Assembly: GCA_963764165.1 (NCBI GenBank)
Contig: CAVXRD010000002.1
Span: 288,001-352,000, forward strand
DNA from: an uncultured Verrucomicrobiae bacterium
Lineage (GTDB): Bacteria > Verrucomicrobiota > Verrucomicrobiia > Limisphaerales > Palsa-1400
Direction of reading: 5' to 3'
DNA length: 64,000 bases
In this document: one piece after another, positions 47,654-57,800 of the stretch
How the letters are laid out: each line of letters starts with the position of its first letter
How positions within the stretch are numbered: the first letter of the stretch is position 1
Made by a program: the position numbers and the translations under genes
Notes under the pieces: model-generated
What the model was told of the DNA's origin: nothing
Seen by the model: only the letters and a program-made list of their open reading frames with translations
The model's database searches: none

Positions 47654-48580
47654 ATGGCGCTGCTGACTCCTGAACTTTTGCGGCGGCTGGAGCAATTTCA
47701 ACTGCTGGCCGCCCGCCGCTCGAAAAGCACCGCCAAGGGCGAGCGCCGCAGCAAGGCCCGCGGCCAATCCGTCGAGTTCGCCGATTACCGCAGCTACGTG
47801 GCGGGCGATGATTTCCGGCACCTCGATTGGAATCTTTACGGCCGCCTCGACAAACTTTTTCTCAAGCTTTACGAGGAGGAACGCGAGCTGCCCGTCCGAA
47901 TCTTCCTCGATGCCAGCGAATCGATGACCTTCGGCACGCCGCCCAAATTTGATTTCGCCCGCCGGGTGGCGGCGGCGATTGGATACGTGGCCTTGTGCGG
48001 ATTTGACCGCGTCACCATCCAGGTTTTTCCAGAGCTCGACACAAAAGCTCCGAACACCGATGCCGCCGCGTTGAGCGCGGAACTGGCGGCGCGCGGCGGC
48101 TTGCGGGCGGTGCGCGGGCGGAAATCGTCGCTTCAATTCTTCCAAAACCTTTCGCAGCTTTCCGCGCGCGGCTCGGCGGATTTCAATGACAGCATGCGCC
48201 GCGGCGCGTTGATGGCCCGGCATACGGGCGTCGCTGTCATCCTGAGCGATTTCCTTGATCCCGGCGGTTACGAAACGGGGTTGAACGCGCTGATTTCGCG
48301 CGGCTTCCAGGTGAACGCTGTGCAAATATTAGCGCCGGAAGAATTAAATCCCTCGACGTTTGGCGATTTGCGTTTAGTTGACTCCGAAACCGGCACGATG
48401 CAGGAAGTCACCTTCGGCAAATATCGCCTGAAAGCATACCAGCAAACCGTGCAGAATTTCTGCCAGCGCCTGCGCGAATTTTGTTCCGGCCGCGGCGTGA
48501 GTTTTTTCAGCGTCAGTTCGGATATGGCCCTGGAGCAACTCCTGCTGAAGCAGCTTCGCCAGGCGGAAGTGTGGGGATAA
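47654..48580 (+). CDS. DUF58 domain-containing protein (MoxR partner)
   Basis: EFADYRSYVAGDDFRHLDWN, KLYEEE, LDASESM, ILSDFL. Confidence 0.92.
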   Translation: MALLTPELLRRLEQFQLLAARRSKSTAKGERRSKARGQSVEFADYRSYVAGDDFRHLDWNLYGRLDKLFLKLYEEERELPVRIFLDASESMTFGTPPKFDFARRVAAAIGYVALCGFDRVTIQVFPELDTKAPNTDAAALSAELAARGGLRAVRGRKSSLQFFQNLSQLSARGSADFNDSMRRGALMARHTGVAVILSDFLDPGGYETGLNALISRGFQVNAVQILAPEELNPSTFGDLRLVDSETGTMQEVTFGKYRLKAYQQTVQNFCQRLREFCSGRGVSFFSVSSDMALEQLLLKQLRQAEVWG

Positions 48581-48604
48581 GGCGCGAAAGCGCCTCTAAT
48601 ATTG

Positions 48605-48701
48605 GTAGGGACGCCTCGCCGAGGCGTCCGGGGTGAGGCTTTCTTCACGCGCAGGCCGCGACATCCATCCCGCGCCACCGGACGCCTCGGCGAGGCGCTA
48701 C
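48605..48701. repeat. REP doublet, family 1
   Basis: GTAGGGACGCCTCGCCGAGGCGTCCGGGGTGAGGC ... CGGACGCCTCGGCGAGGCGCTAC; spacer start shared with the 3577 copy. Confidence 0.85.
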
Positions 48702-48883
48702 CATTCAAAATGAAGGACAATTCGCTTCCCTTTTTTGGCGGCTTGTTACTCTTTGTCCCACCTGATGATGGAAAGTTTGCCCGGTTTCCGTGACTTCTAT
48801 CCCGAGCCGCTTCCGGGTTCCGATGTCAAACAGAAAGCCTGCCGAATCGCCCCGGCTCGAAAAAAATATATTCATCATCCCCC

Positions 48884-48935
48884 TTGACGAATCCGGGCAA
48901 ATTTAGTAATTTCAGTCGTGACAGAAATAGTTGAA
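48884..48935 (+). promoter_or_regulatory. Sigma70-type promoter with overlapping GbsR-like operator
   Basis: TTGACG-17-TAATTT, then TTTCAGTCGTGACAGAAA imperfect palindrome; similar motif repeated at 49489-49514. Confidence 0.6.
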
Positions 48936-49466
48936 ATGAACAAGCTCAGTCCAGTTCAGCAGAAGTTCATCCTCCACTGGGGCGAGATGGGGGCCCGCTG
49001 GGGGATCAACCGGACGGTCGCGCAAATTCATGCCCTGCTCTATCTGTCCCCCACCCCTCTCCACGCCGAAGCCATCGCCGAGACGCTGGGTGTGGCTCGT
49101 TCCAACGTGAGCAACAGCCTCAAGGAACTCCAGGGCTGGCGCATCGTGAAACTCGTCCATGTCATGGGTGACAAGCGCGATCATTTTGAATCCATGAAGG
49201 ATGTCTGGGATATGTTCCGCGTGGTGCTGGATGAGCGGAAGCGCCGCGAAATCGATCCCACCCTGGCCCTGCTCGACGATTGCATCACGGAGGCCGGCAA
49301 GGAGAAAAACTCGGACAAATACACTGTCGAACGCCTGCGCGCGTTGCAGGATTTTTTCACAAAAACAACCGCCTGGTACACCCAGGTGAGCAAACTTCCG
49401 TCGGGCGCGTTGGTTAAGTTCGTTTCTGCCGGGGAAAAGGTTATGAAGGCTATCGGCTTGGGTTGA
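48918..49466 (+). CDS. GbsR/MarR family transcriptional regulator (start may be ATG 48936)
   Basis: FILHWGEMGARWGINRTVAQIHALL, ARSNVSNSLKEL, ERKRREIDPT. Confidence 0.92.
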   Translation: MTEIVEMNKLSPVQQKFILHWGEMGARWGINRTVAQIHALLYLSPTPLHAEAIAETLGVARSNVSNSLKELQGWRIVKLVHVMGDKRDHFESMKDVWDMFRVVLDERKRREIDPTLALLDDCITEAGKEKNSDKYTVERLRALQDFFTKTTAWYTQVSKLPSGALVKFVSAGEKVMKAIGLG

Positions 49467-49493
49467 GTTAAATTTTTTTGGAAAGAAATTTCT

Positions 49494-50327
49494 TTGAATA
49501 CAGAATTAACAGAATATAATGGAAACTGGCCGTGGATCGAAATGTGGCTGATTGCCGCCGCCCTGTTCTTCATCGCGAAGGGGCTGACGCTTCGAGGGGC
49601 CCTGAAATCCGGCCTCGCTCCCACGCCCCTGCGAATCTTCGGTTATCTATTCGCCTGGCCCGGGCTGGATGCGAATGCGTTCCTTGGCACATGCATTCCC
49701 CGGCCGCCTCGTGTGTTTGAATCGGTGGCCGCCATTGGAAATGTCGCTGCGGGGATCGCAATGATTTGGGGATTGCCTCACGGCTTCGCTGCATACCATC
49801 CGCAAGCTACGGGCTGGATCGCCATGGTCGGAATCGCATTGACGCTTCATTTCGGTCTCTTCGCAATTCTCTCGGCGGCGTGGCGCTGCGTCGGCGTGAA
49901 TGCCGCGCCGATCATGAAGTTCCCGCTCGCCGCGACTTCTACTTCCCTCTCCCGGTTTTGGGGCGGAAGGTGGAATCGCGCCTTCAGCGACTTTGCGCAA
50001 CCGTTTTTGTTCGCGCCGCTGGCGAAGCGCTTTGGTTCGAAGATCGCCGTGCTCGGGGTCTTTCTATTCTCGGGCCTGCTGCATGAGCTGGTGATTTCTG
50101 TTCCGGCTCGCGGCGGGTTTGGACTTCCGACAGCTTATTTTGCGGCGCAAACGGCGGGCATTTGGATCGAGCGCAGCGCGCCCGGCCGCGCCGTCGGACT
50201 CGGACACGGCGCGCACGGCTGGATGTTTGCCGTCCCGGTCACCGCTGGGCCTGCTTATTGGCTTTTTCATCCTCCGTTCGTTTGTCACGTCATCCTGCCG
50301 ATGCTGAAAGCCATCGGCGCCAACTGA
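49494..50327 (+). CDS. Membrane-bound O-acyltransferase (MBOAT, wax-synthase-like); start uncertain
   Basis: SLSRFWGGRWN, FLFSGLLHELVISVP (catalytic His), multiple TMs. Confidence 0.85.
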   Translation: MNTELTEYNGNWPWIEMWLIAAALFFIAKGLTLRGALKSGLAPTPLRIFGYLFAWPGLDANAFLGTCIPRPPRVFESVAAIGNVAAGIAMIWGLPHGFAAYHPQATGWIAMVGIALTLHFGLFAILSAAWRCVGVNAAPIMKFPLAATSTSLSRFWGGRWNRAFSDFAQPFLFAPLAKRFGSKIAVLGVFLFSGLLHELVISVPARGGFGLPTAYFAAQTAGIWIERSAPGRAVGLGHGAHGWMFAVPVTAGPAYWLFHPPFVCHVILPMLKAIGAN

Positions 50328-50335
50328 AAGGAATT

Positions 50336-50758
50336 ATGAAAACCACCACAATGACACTGCTGCTCGAAATCGCCGGAGTGATGCACCTCGGCTTGCTTTG
50401 CGCGGGCGGACTAATGCCGCGCGTGGTGAATCTGCGCGAACACCTGAGACCGCTGCCCAAATTCATCCGGCGGCTGTTCTGGATCTACTATTCATTCATC
50501 GCATTGTGCCTGGTGAGCTTTGGATCGCTGACATGGATCTTCGCGCCCACGCTGGCCTCGCATACGCCGCTCGCTCGCGCGATTTGCCTATTCTTGACAG
50601 CATTCTGGACACTGCGGCTGATCGCTGCGACCTTTGTCTTCGATCTTCGCCCCTACCTTGCAAACCACTTCCTCATGGCGGGCTACCACGCGACCAATGT
50701 GGTGTTCGTTTATCTGCCCGTCGTTTACGCCATGGCGGCGTGGAAAGGATTGCCATGA
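50336..50758 (+). CDS. Hypothetical four-TM membrane protein
   Basis: Start at MKTTTM; in operon; ATGA overlap with the next gene. Confidence 0.75.
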   Translation: MKTTTMTLLLEIAGVMHLGLLCAGGLMPRVVNLREHLRPLPKFIRRLFWIYYSFIALCLVSFGSLTWIFAPTLASHTPLARAICLFLTAFWTLRLIAATFVFDLRPYLANHFLMAGYHATNVVFVYLPVVYAMAAWKGLP

Positions 50759-51753
50759 AAATTGCCATCACCGGAGGAACTGGATTCGTCGGGCGAAACG
50801 TTGCGCGCACCTTGGTAAACGCAGGCCACAAAGTCGTTCTCATCGCGCGCGGAGTCGATCAAACCGCCCCATCCCTTCCCACGCTTCCCAATTCCGAAAT
50901 CAAGCCGATGGGCCTCGACGACGCCGCAAAATTAGCCGAAGCCTTCGCCGGCTGCGAAGCCGTAGCCCACTGCGCAGGAATTAATCGCGAGATCGGCACG
51001 CAAACATATCAAAACGTTCATATTGACGGAACGCGGAATGTTGTGGCTGCGGCGCGGCAAGCCGGAGTTCGCAAGTTTGCGCTGCTGAGCTTTTTGCGGG
51101 CGAGGCCGAATTGCGGCTCCGGCTACCATGAATCCAAATGGGCGGCTGAGGAAATTATTCGGAATTCCGGGCTGGATTTCACCATCTTCAAATGCGGCGT
51201 CATTTACGGGAGCGGCGATCACATGCTCAATCACTTGAGCCACGCGTTTCATACGCTGCCGCTCTTTGCGTTTGTCGGTTTCACGGACAAGCCCATTCGC
51301 CCGATGGCGGTTGAGGACATTGCGGCGCTGGTAAAGGCATCGCTTGCAGACGGTGCGTTCTCGAGAAAAACCGTCGCCGCCACCGGCCCGGAATTGCTGA
51401 CGCTTCGCGGCGCAGTCAAACGTGTGGCCGGCGTATGCGGGCGCAAACCACTCATGTTTCCAATGCCAATCTGGTTCCATTACATGCTTGCGTGGTTCGT
51501 GGAGCGCCTGATGGTCACGCCGCTGATTTCGCTCGCGCAAGTCCGCATCCTGAGCGAAGGTCTCGCCGAATCCGCTGGCCCATGCGAACCACTGCCGCCC
51601 GAACTCGCGCCAAAAACTCCGTTTAGCGAGGAGCAAATCCGGCGTGGATTACCCAAACCCGGACGCTTCGGCTTGCGCGACATCCGCTGTTGCAACAAGC
51701 ACTTGCGAACGCGGCACGTTCATGGAACGCGCGCGTTTTTTGAAATGCCTTAG
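50755..51753 (+). CDS. NAD(P)-dependent SDR/epimerase (NDUFA9-like)
   Basis: ITGGTGFVG, HCAGIN, YHESK (YxxxK). Confidence 0.9.
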   Translation: MKIAITGGTGFVGRNVARTLVNAGHKVVLIARGVDQTAPSLPTLPNSEIKPMGLDDAAKLAEAFAGCEAVAHCAGINREIGTQTYQNVHIDGTRNVVAAARQAGVRKFALLSFLRARPNCGSGYHESKWAAEEIIRNSGLDFTIFKCGVIYGSGDHMLNHLSHAFHTLPLFAFVGFTDKPIRPMAVEDIAALVKASLADGAFSRKTVAATGPELLTLRGAVKRVAGVCGRKPLMFPMPIWFHYMLAWFVERLMVTPLISLAQVRILSEGLAESAGPCEPLPPELAPKTPFSEEQIRRGLPKPGRFGLRDIRCCNKHLRTRHVHGTRAFFEMP

Positions 51754-52575
51754 GGCCTGTTAACACTAATTGACATTTTATAGGCGACAAGGCAAAATGG
51801 CTGGGTGGAGCTTACAGAGAGTCAATATCAGCGGGTTGCTGATTGTCTGCCGCGGCAGCGCGGCAACGTGAGCATGACCAATCTGCAACTTCTCAACGCC
51901 CTGCTCTATGTGGTGGAGCATGGGTGCAAATGGCGCGGCCTGCCAAAACATTTTGGCAACTGGCATACGATCTACACCCGCATGAACCGCTGGAGCAAAG
52001 CGGGCGTGCTGGATCGAGTCTTCGCCCGGCTCCAGCAGGAGCAAATCCTGGCGATCCGGATCGAGCAAGTCTGCTTGGACAGCACGACGATCAAGGTTCA
52101 CCCCGACGGCACCGGGGCGCTAAAAAAAACGGCCCACAGGCCATCGGGCGCTCCCGAGGCGGTTGCACCACCAAAATTCATCTGGTTGCCGCGAATGCCC
52201 AGTGCGCCTTAATGCTCAAGCTTTCCCCCGGCCAGGCGGGGGACGCGCCGCAAGGACGCGAGCTTTTGCAGGCGGGCGGGCCGGTTCCGGCAGGGCTTCC
52301 ACTCATCATGGACAGCGCCTATGAAGGGGACGAGACTCTGCAACAGGCGCGGGAATTGGGCTACGCTCCAGTGGTTCCTCCTAACCCCCGACGCTTAAAT
52401 CCGTGGGAGTATGACCAAACCCTTTACCGACGCCGCAATGAGATTGAACGGCTTTTTCGCCGACTCAAAAGCTACCGCCGAGTCTTCAGTCGCTTCGACA
52501 AATTGGATGCGTTGTACTCCGGATTCGTCGTCCTCGCGCTCATCGTGGAGGCGTTACGTTAGTGTTAACAGGCCC
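51753..52575 (+). mobile_element. IS5-family insertion sequence (IS427/IS1031-like), 823 bp
   Basis: Perfect 17-bp TIRs GGGCCTGTTAACACTAA, flanked by a TA duplication (51751-52, 52576-77). Confidence 0.92.
51805..52562 (+). CDS. IS5-family transposase, two ORFs joined by a programmed -1 frameshift
   Basis: OrfA GCKWRGLP..FGNWHTIYTRMNRWSKAG..CLDST; A8 run at 52122-52129; OrfB IGRSRGG.TTKIH..DSAY..YRRRNEIERLFRRLK..RFDK. Confidence 0.92.
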
Positions 52576-52598
52576 TAGATTAAAATGTCAAAGAACGG

Positions 52599-54581
52599 CT
52601 ATTTCGCCACCTCGCAGGTCGAAGAAAAAGCCCGCTTCGGAATCGGCTGGCGGACGATTCCTGGGCCGGCATATTCGACTGTCAAATGCATTTGACTCCG
52701 CTCCGCGTGACGGTAAAACAATCGAAAGGGATGCTGTCCGGCGGCCAAATTCACCGACGCCATGACCTCACTCCCATCGCGCGCAAAATCGTCGTCAATG
52801 ATGCGCGCCTCGTTGAGCCACAATTCAGAGCCCGTGTCGCATTTTAGCCAAAAGGTGTACTCGCCTGCTGCCGGCGCCTCAAAGAATCCTCGAAAAGCCG
52901 CGCCCGCTTCCGGATATGCAGGGAGCTTTGTCAAGTCGATTGCGTCGCATAATCGCTGGGTGTCGGGTTTCAACGCGTCGAAATCCGGCACCCACTGCCA
53001 ATGCCCGTGGTAAGTGGAGCACTCAAGAAGGCCTTCCAGTTTGCAGTCGAGCTTCACGGCCGGGATCGGCGCATTGTCGTAGGGGCGCGGCGCCTCCGGG
53101 TCGGGCCGGTGAACTTCGAACGCTTTCGTTCGGATTTTCGCCAGCGTCTCCGCACACGTCGATTCACCCGACAAATCGCGGTCTTCGTGAGGATCTTTCA
53201 CAACATCGTAAAGGCGGAAAGGATCGTTCGCGTTTGTTATGCCGTATCGGACTGCCACAAAATCGCCCATGCGAACGGACTGCATTTGATTCCGTTTGCC
53301 GACGTGTTTTCGCGCGCCCAATTCCTTGTCGACGCGAAATCCGGCACCGGAATAATCATACTCAAAATACAAAAACTCGTGCATCCGCTGCGCGCCCGTC
53401 CCCAGCAAAGTCGGCACAAGTGAAATGCCATCCGATGCGGCCGGCGGCGCGAGTCCGCCAAGTTCCGCGAAGGTCGGCATCCAATCCCAGAACGCGCTTA
53501 TCGTATCGTCGACGGCGCCGGCGCGGACATGGCCCGGCCAGGAAACAATCGTCGGCTCGCGCACGCCAGCCTCCCACAAATCGCGCTTGATCCCGTCCAT
53601 CACGCCCCACGAACCGAAGAAGCGCGGATCCTGTCCGGCTTCGTTGTGTGGGCCATTGTCTGAGGTGAAGATCACCAGCGTGTCGGATTCCATTTCCAAG
53701 TCGCGCAGCAGTTGCAGAATGTCTCCGACTGCGTCATCGACACGGCGTATCATCGTGGCGTGCCGCTTCTCCACTGTTGGCCAATCCCGCGACGCATAAT
53801 CCGGGTGGAACCACGAATTCGTCTTCCCAGAGATTGTGTTAAGCGGCCACTGCAATCCTCCGTGGAGCCCCCTGCCCTTGGGATATTCGCAGGTTGGAAT
53901 TTCCTCATTAAAATGCGGGGCGGTGAAGGCGAGATACAAGAAGAACGGCTGTTTGGGTCTTATCGCAGCTCGGTCAATGATAAATTTTTTGGCTCGCGCC
54001 GCATAAAGATCGGTGTCGTAGGCGCCCTCGAGACCGGACGTCACCGGCTTGAACATATCCATGATTTTTCCACTGTTGCCGGGATAATGGAAGTGGGCCG
54101 CGCCATGCGCCAGCACGCCGTAAAATTCATCAAACCCGTGCCGCAGTGGATGCCCCGGAAAATCCGGCCCCTTGCCCTGCAAGCCGAATTTTCCGATCAT
54201 GCCCGTGTAATAGCCAGCCGCCTGCAATACCGTTCCGAGCGTGTGATTTCGCGGCAGCGCCTTGTCGAATTGATTATCGCGAATCGGGCAATCGCCCTGG
54301 TGCCGCCCCATCAGCAGTGACGCCCGCGCCGGCGCGCACACGGGAGCTGCCGTGTAATGCTGCCGCATGATCATCCCGCCCGCCGCCATGCGATCCAATT
54401 CCGGCGTCTTCATCTTGGGCTGTCCGTCGGGCCGGCTGTTTTGATACAGCACGCCCACATCGCCATACCCCAGATCGTCGCAGAGGATAAAGATGATGTT
54501 GGGTTTGGGGCTTTCCGCCTTCATCGCGGAAGCCACGCACAGCATCGCGGTGATTGATGCAGCCAGAAAATGGAACTTCAT
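52599..54581 (-). CDS. Arylsulfatase family protein with C-terminal PA14-like domain
   Basis: PNIIFILCDDLGYGD, CAPAR (formylglycine motif), FTSDNG, GIKRDLWEAGVR; GEYTFWL..DTGSELWLN. Confidence 0.92.
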   Translation of the reverse strand: MKFHFLAASITAMLCVASAMKAESPKPNIIFILCDDLGYGDVGVLYQNSRPDGQPKMKTPELDRMAAGGMIMRQHYTAAPVCAPARASLLMGRHQGDCPIRDNQFDKALPRNHTLGTVLQAAGYYTGMIGKFGLQGKGPDFPGHPLRHGFDEFYGVLAHGAAHFHYPGNSGKIMDMFKPVTSGLEGAYDTDLYAARAKKFIIDRAAIRPKQPFFLYLAFTAPHFNEEIPTCEYPKGRGLHGGLQWPLNTISGKTNSWFHPDYASRDWPTVEKRHATMIRRVDDAVGDILQLLRDLEMESDTLVIFTSDNGPHNEAGQDPRFFGSWGVMDGIKRDLWEAGVREPTIVSWPGHVRAGAVDDTISAFWDWMPTFAELGGLAPPAASDGISLVPTLLGTGAQRMHEFLYFEYDYSGAGFRVDKELGARKHVGKRNQMQSVRMGDFVAVRYGITNANDPFRLYDVVKDPHEDRDLSGESTCAETLAKIRTKAFEVHRPDPEAPRPYDNAPIPAVKLDCKLEGLLECSTYHGHWQWVPDFDALKPDTQRLCDAIDLTKLPAYPEAGAAFRGFFEAPAAGEYTFWLKCDTGSELWLNEARIIDDDFARDGSEVMASVNLAAGQHPFRLFYRHAERSQMHLTVEYAGPGIVRQPIPKRAFSSTCEVAK

Positions 54582-54594
54582 AGCGTTGTAATTA

Positions 54595-54635
54595 TATCAT
54601 CCGCAAAAATCGGCAACATCGGTTGCGTCGTCGAA
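54595..54635 (+). repeat. Dispersed GYWACA-box element, copy E (left half only, degenerate)
   Basis: TATCATCC GCAAAAATC G GCAACA TCG GTTGCG T CGTCGA; colinear with copy B. Confidence 0.5.
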
Positions 54636-54711
54636 ATTCTTTGGCGTCTCTTTGGCTTCAGGAGTGACGTCGCGCAACCGTTTGGCGGCGATTCCAAAAG
54701 TTCTTCGTTAT

Positions 54712-54813
54712 TATAATCTAAACGCACTGGCAACGCATGCTACGTTGTTGACTGCAAGGCATTTATATGGCCGCAAAATTGACAGCGAGATGATAACAAA
54801 TCAGCAGCATTTC
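54712..54813 (+). repeat. Dispersed GYWACA-box element, copy D (full length, degenerate)
   Basis: TATAATCT AAACGCACT G GCAACG CAT GCTACG T TGTTGAC TGCAAGGCAT TTA TATG GCCGCA AAATTG ACAGCG AGATG ATAACA AATCA GCAGCA TTTC; same spacings as copy C. Confidence 0.65.
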
Positions 54814-54885
54814 GCGAAGGATTGCCAGCCAATCGTGCTTTACAATTCTTTGGGAGCAGAAGTAAATGAATTCCGTCTCATCATT

Positions 54886-57800
54886 ATGAAAACTCAAGCT
54901 GCGCGAATTATTCTGGTTGCGGGAATCTTATTGTGCCTGGTAATGGGCGAGGCCAGGGCTGGTGTCGTGTTTGACTCCCTTTATGCTCTTGAAGCAAACT
55001 CGTACGGCACACTCTCCCAATCCACAAATGGGCGCTACTTCTGGGGCACAACCCTCGGATCAGGTTCGATCTTTTCACCGGGCACCGTTTTTCAAATTTC
55101 GACCAATGGATATAAAGTCCCGGCGGGATTTCGCGACTATGTTTCAAATTTGGTTTCGTTCACGACCGCGGAAGGCGGGGGACCGCGGGCTGGAGTGACT
55201 TTGACACCGTCAGGCTTGCTTTGCGGCACTGCCTCCGCCTACGCCCGCTCCAATTCTCTTTTTCCAGGCGGGATGGGAGCGGTTTTCTCAGTCTACACAA
55301 ATGCGCTTTTTTCGCAGATTTACAGCTTTGGGTTGGGAACCAATTCAAAAGGCCAGCCGCTTGATGGCGCCTGCCCGCGGGGGCCTGTCGTTGTTGGCCC
55401 CAGCAACGCTCTTTACGGAACGACTTACTATGGGGGCACGAATGGCTACGGTGGCACCAACGCATACGGCGCCAAGTTAGGGTTTGGAACGATATTTGAA
55501 ATTCCAACAAATCTGACCGGAGGCAAAGCGACGTTCATCAAACTGCACTCCTTCACCGGCGTTGACGGAGTGAATCCGACGGCGTTGGTGCTCGGGCGCG
55601 ACACCAATTTTTACGGCGTCGCCACTTTCGGCGGCTCGAACCTGACGGTGGTGGACACCAACGGCGACGTCGGGTTTGGCACGATTTTCAAAGTCTCCAC
55701 CGCCGGAGCTTTGACAACGCTTTACTGCTTCGGCTCCGCCACAAATTCCCAGGGCGGCGCCCTCGATGGATCCCAGCCAAACTCAATCATGCAGGCAAGC
55801 GACGGCAATTTTTACGGCACGACAACGTATGGCGGCTTAAATGCGACCACGGTGGACAGCAATCACGATGTCGGCTATGGGACGATCTTCAAAATTACGA
55901 CGAATGGCGCTCTGACGACCCTGTATTCTTTCGGCACGATCCTTAACTCGAACGGCACCCCTCTTGACGGTGCTTTTCCAAGCGGGCCGCTGGCAGAGGG
56001 GCCGGATGGGAATTTCTACGGCGTCACGACGTATGGCGGCGCGACGAATACCGGAACCATTTTCGCCATCACTCCAGCCGGGATTCTCACAACACTGCAC
56101 TCATTCGCCCAGACAAATCCGGCTTATATTGGACAACCGATCTACCCGTCTCACCTCGGAGGGAGCTATCCGCGGGGCGGAGTCATTGTTGGAACAGACG
56201 CCAATCTTTACGGCACAACTTCCGTGGGCGGACCGCTTGCCGAGTCGGACGGATCCTTTTTCAGCCTCGGACCCGCGGTGCCAGCCATTGTCAACGCGCC
56301 CGGCACGATTACAGTTTTGGCCGGGGCGACGAATACCTATTCCATTGGCGTCAACACCCTCTACGCGGCGAGCTTCCAATGGCTCTTCAACGGAAGTCCT
56401 CTGACCGATGGCGGAGAAATCACCGGATCGGGAACGACGAATTTGACCCTCGCGGGTTTAACGCTCGGCGACAGCGGAACGTATACGCTGGTCGCCTCGA
56501 ACGTGGTGGGGTCAAGTTCCGCATCGGGCGCTCTCACCGTTGTTCCCGCTCTCATCACTGAGCAGCCTTCCTCGGCGATGATCGTGGCCGGCTCCGCCAA
56601 TACCTTTTCGGTGGGCGTGACGAATATCTATCCTGTCGCTTATCAATGGCAATTCGGCGGAACAAATCTTGTTGACGGCGGCGAGATATCCGGTTCTTCC
56701 ACCAGCAATTTGACAGTCAGTGGCGCGACGCTGGCGGATGCGGGCGCTTACTTGGTCATCATCAGCAACGCGATTGGCGTCATCACCAGCGCACCCGCGA
56801 TTTTGCGCGTGGAACCATTTTCCGTCACGAATGTTCCCACGAATTTGACAATCATGGCGGGATCCACAGCGACTTTGAGCGTGGGTGTGCAGAATGCCGG
56901 CGCCATCCATTATCAATGGGCCTTTGACGGTGCGAATTTATCCGACAGCGGCAACATCTTCGGTTCGCTCACGGCGACTCTGACGATCACAAATGCCGTC
57001 ATAAACAATGCCGGAACCTATTCCGTGACGATCAGCAACGCCAGCGGAGTGGAGACCCTTTCCGCAATCGTTTGGGTCATCCCGCACGCCGCCGCCGGTT
57101 ACAGCATGACCAACGTTCATTCCTTCAATTCAAACAGCGACGGCGCATTGCCCAACGCGTTGACGCTCGGCTCCGACGGCGCGCTTTACGGGACGACAAC
57201 CTACGGCGGGAGCAACGGCCTATTAAGCGGGACGATTTTCAAGTTCGTTCCCGGCGGCTCGCTGGCGACTCTTTATTCATTCACTGGCGGAGCGGACGAG
57301 GCGGATCCCAACAGCGCGTTGGTGGAAGGCACAAACGGCGTTTTCTTCGGCACGACCTGGAGCGAACTCTACGGACAATATGGAACGGTGTTCGAGTTCT
57401 CGACCAACGGAACGGTCACGACTTTGGCGACGTTCAACGACACCAACGGAGCCGATCCCAATGGCGTGACCTACGGCACTGATGGGAGTCTTTATGGCAC
57501 GACCTACATGGGAGGTGATGACAACGCAGGCACAGTCTTCTCGGTCAATCCAACGACGAGTGTTCTTGATCTGCTGGTGACCGGCACGGCGGTCACAACC
57601 GGCAATTTCCCGCTGACGCCGCTGACACTTGGCGCCGATGGAAATTTTTACGGGGGAACGGAAACCACTGTGTTTGAACTGAATTCTTACGGGGCGCTTT
57701 CAAACGTCTTTGAATTTCTCGGCAGCAACAGCGGTTTGGACGCCTTCGGGGCACTGCTGCAAACCGCCGACGGACAGTTCTACGGCACAACGGCGGAAGG

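Noticed and set aside
54652..54885. 78-codon N-terminal extension of the GloVer ORF given by the ORF track
   Set aside because: It runs through repeat copy D; the signal peptide starts at ATG 54886
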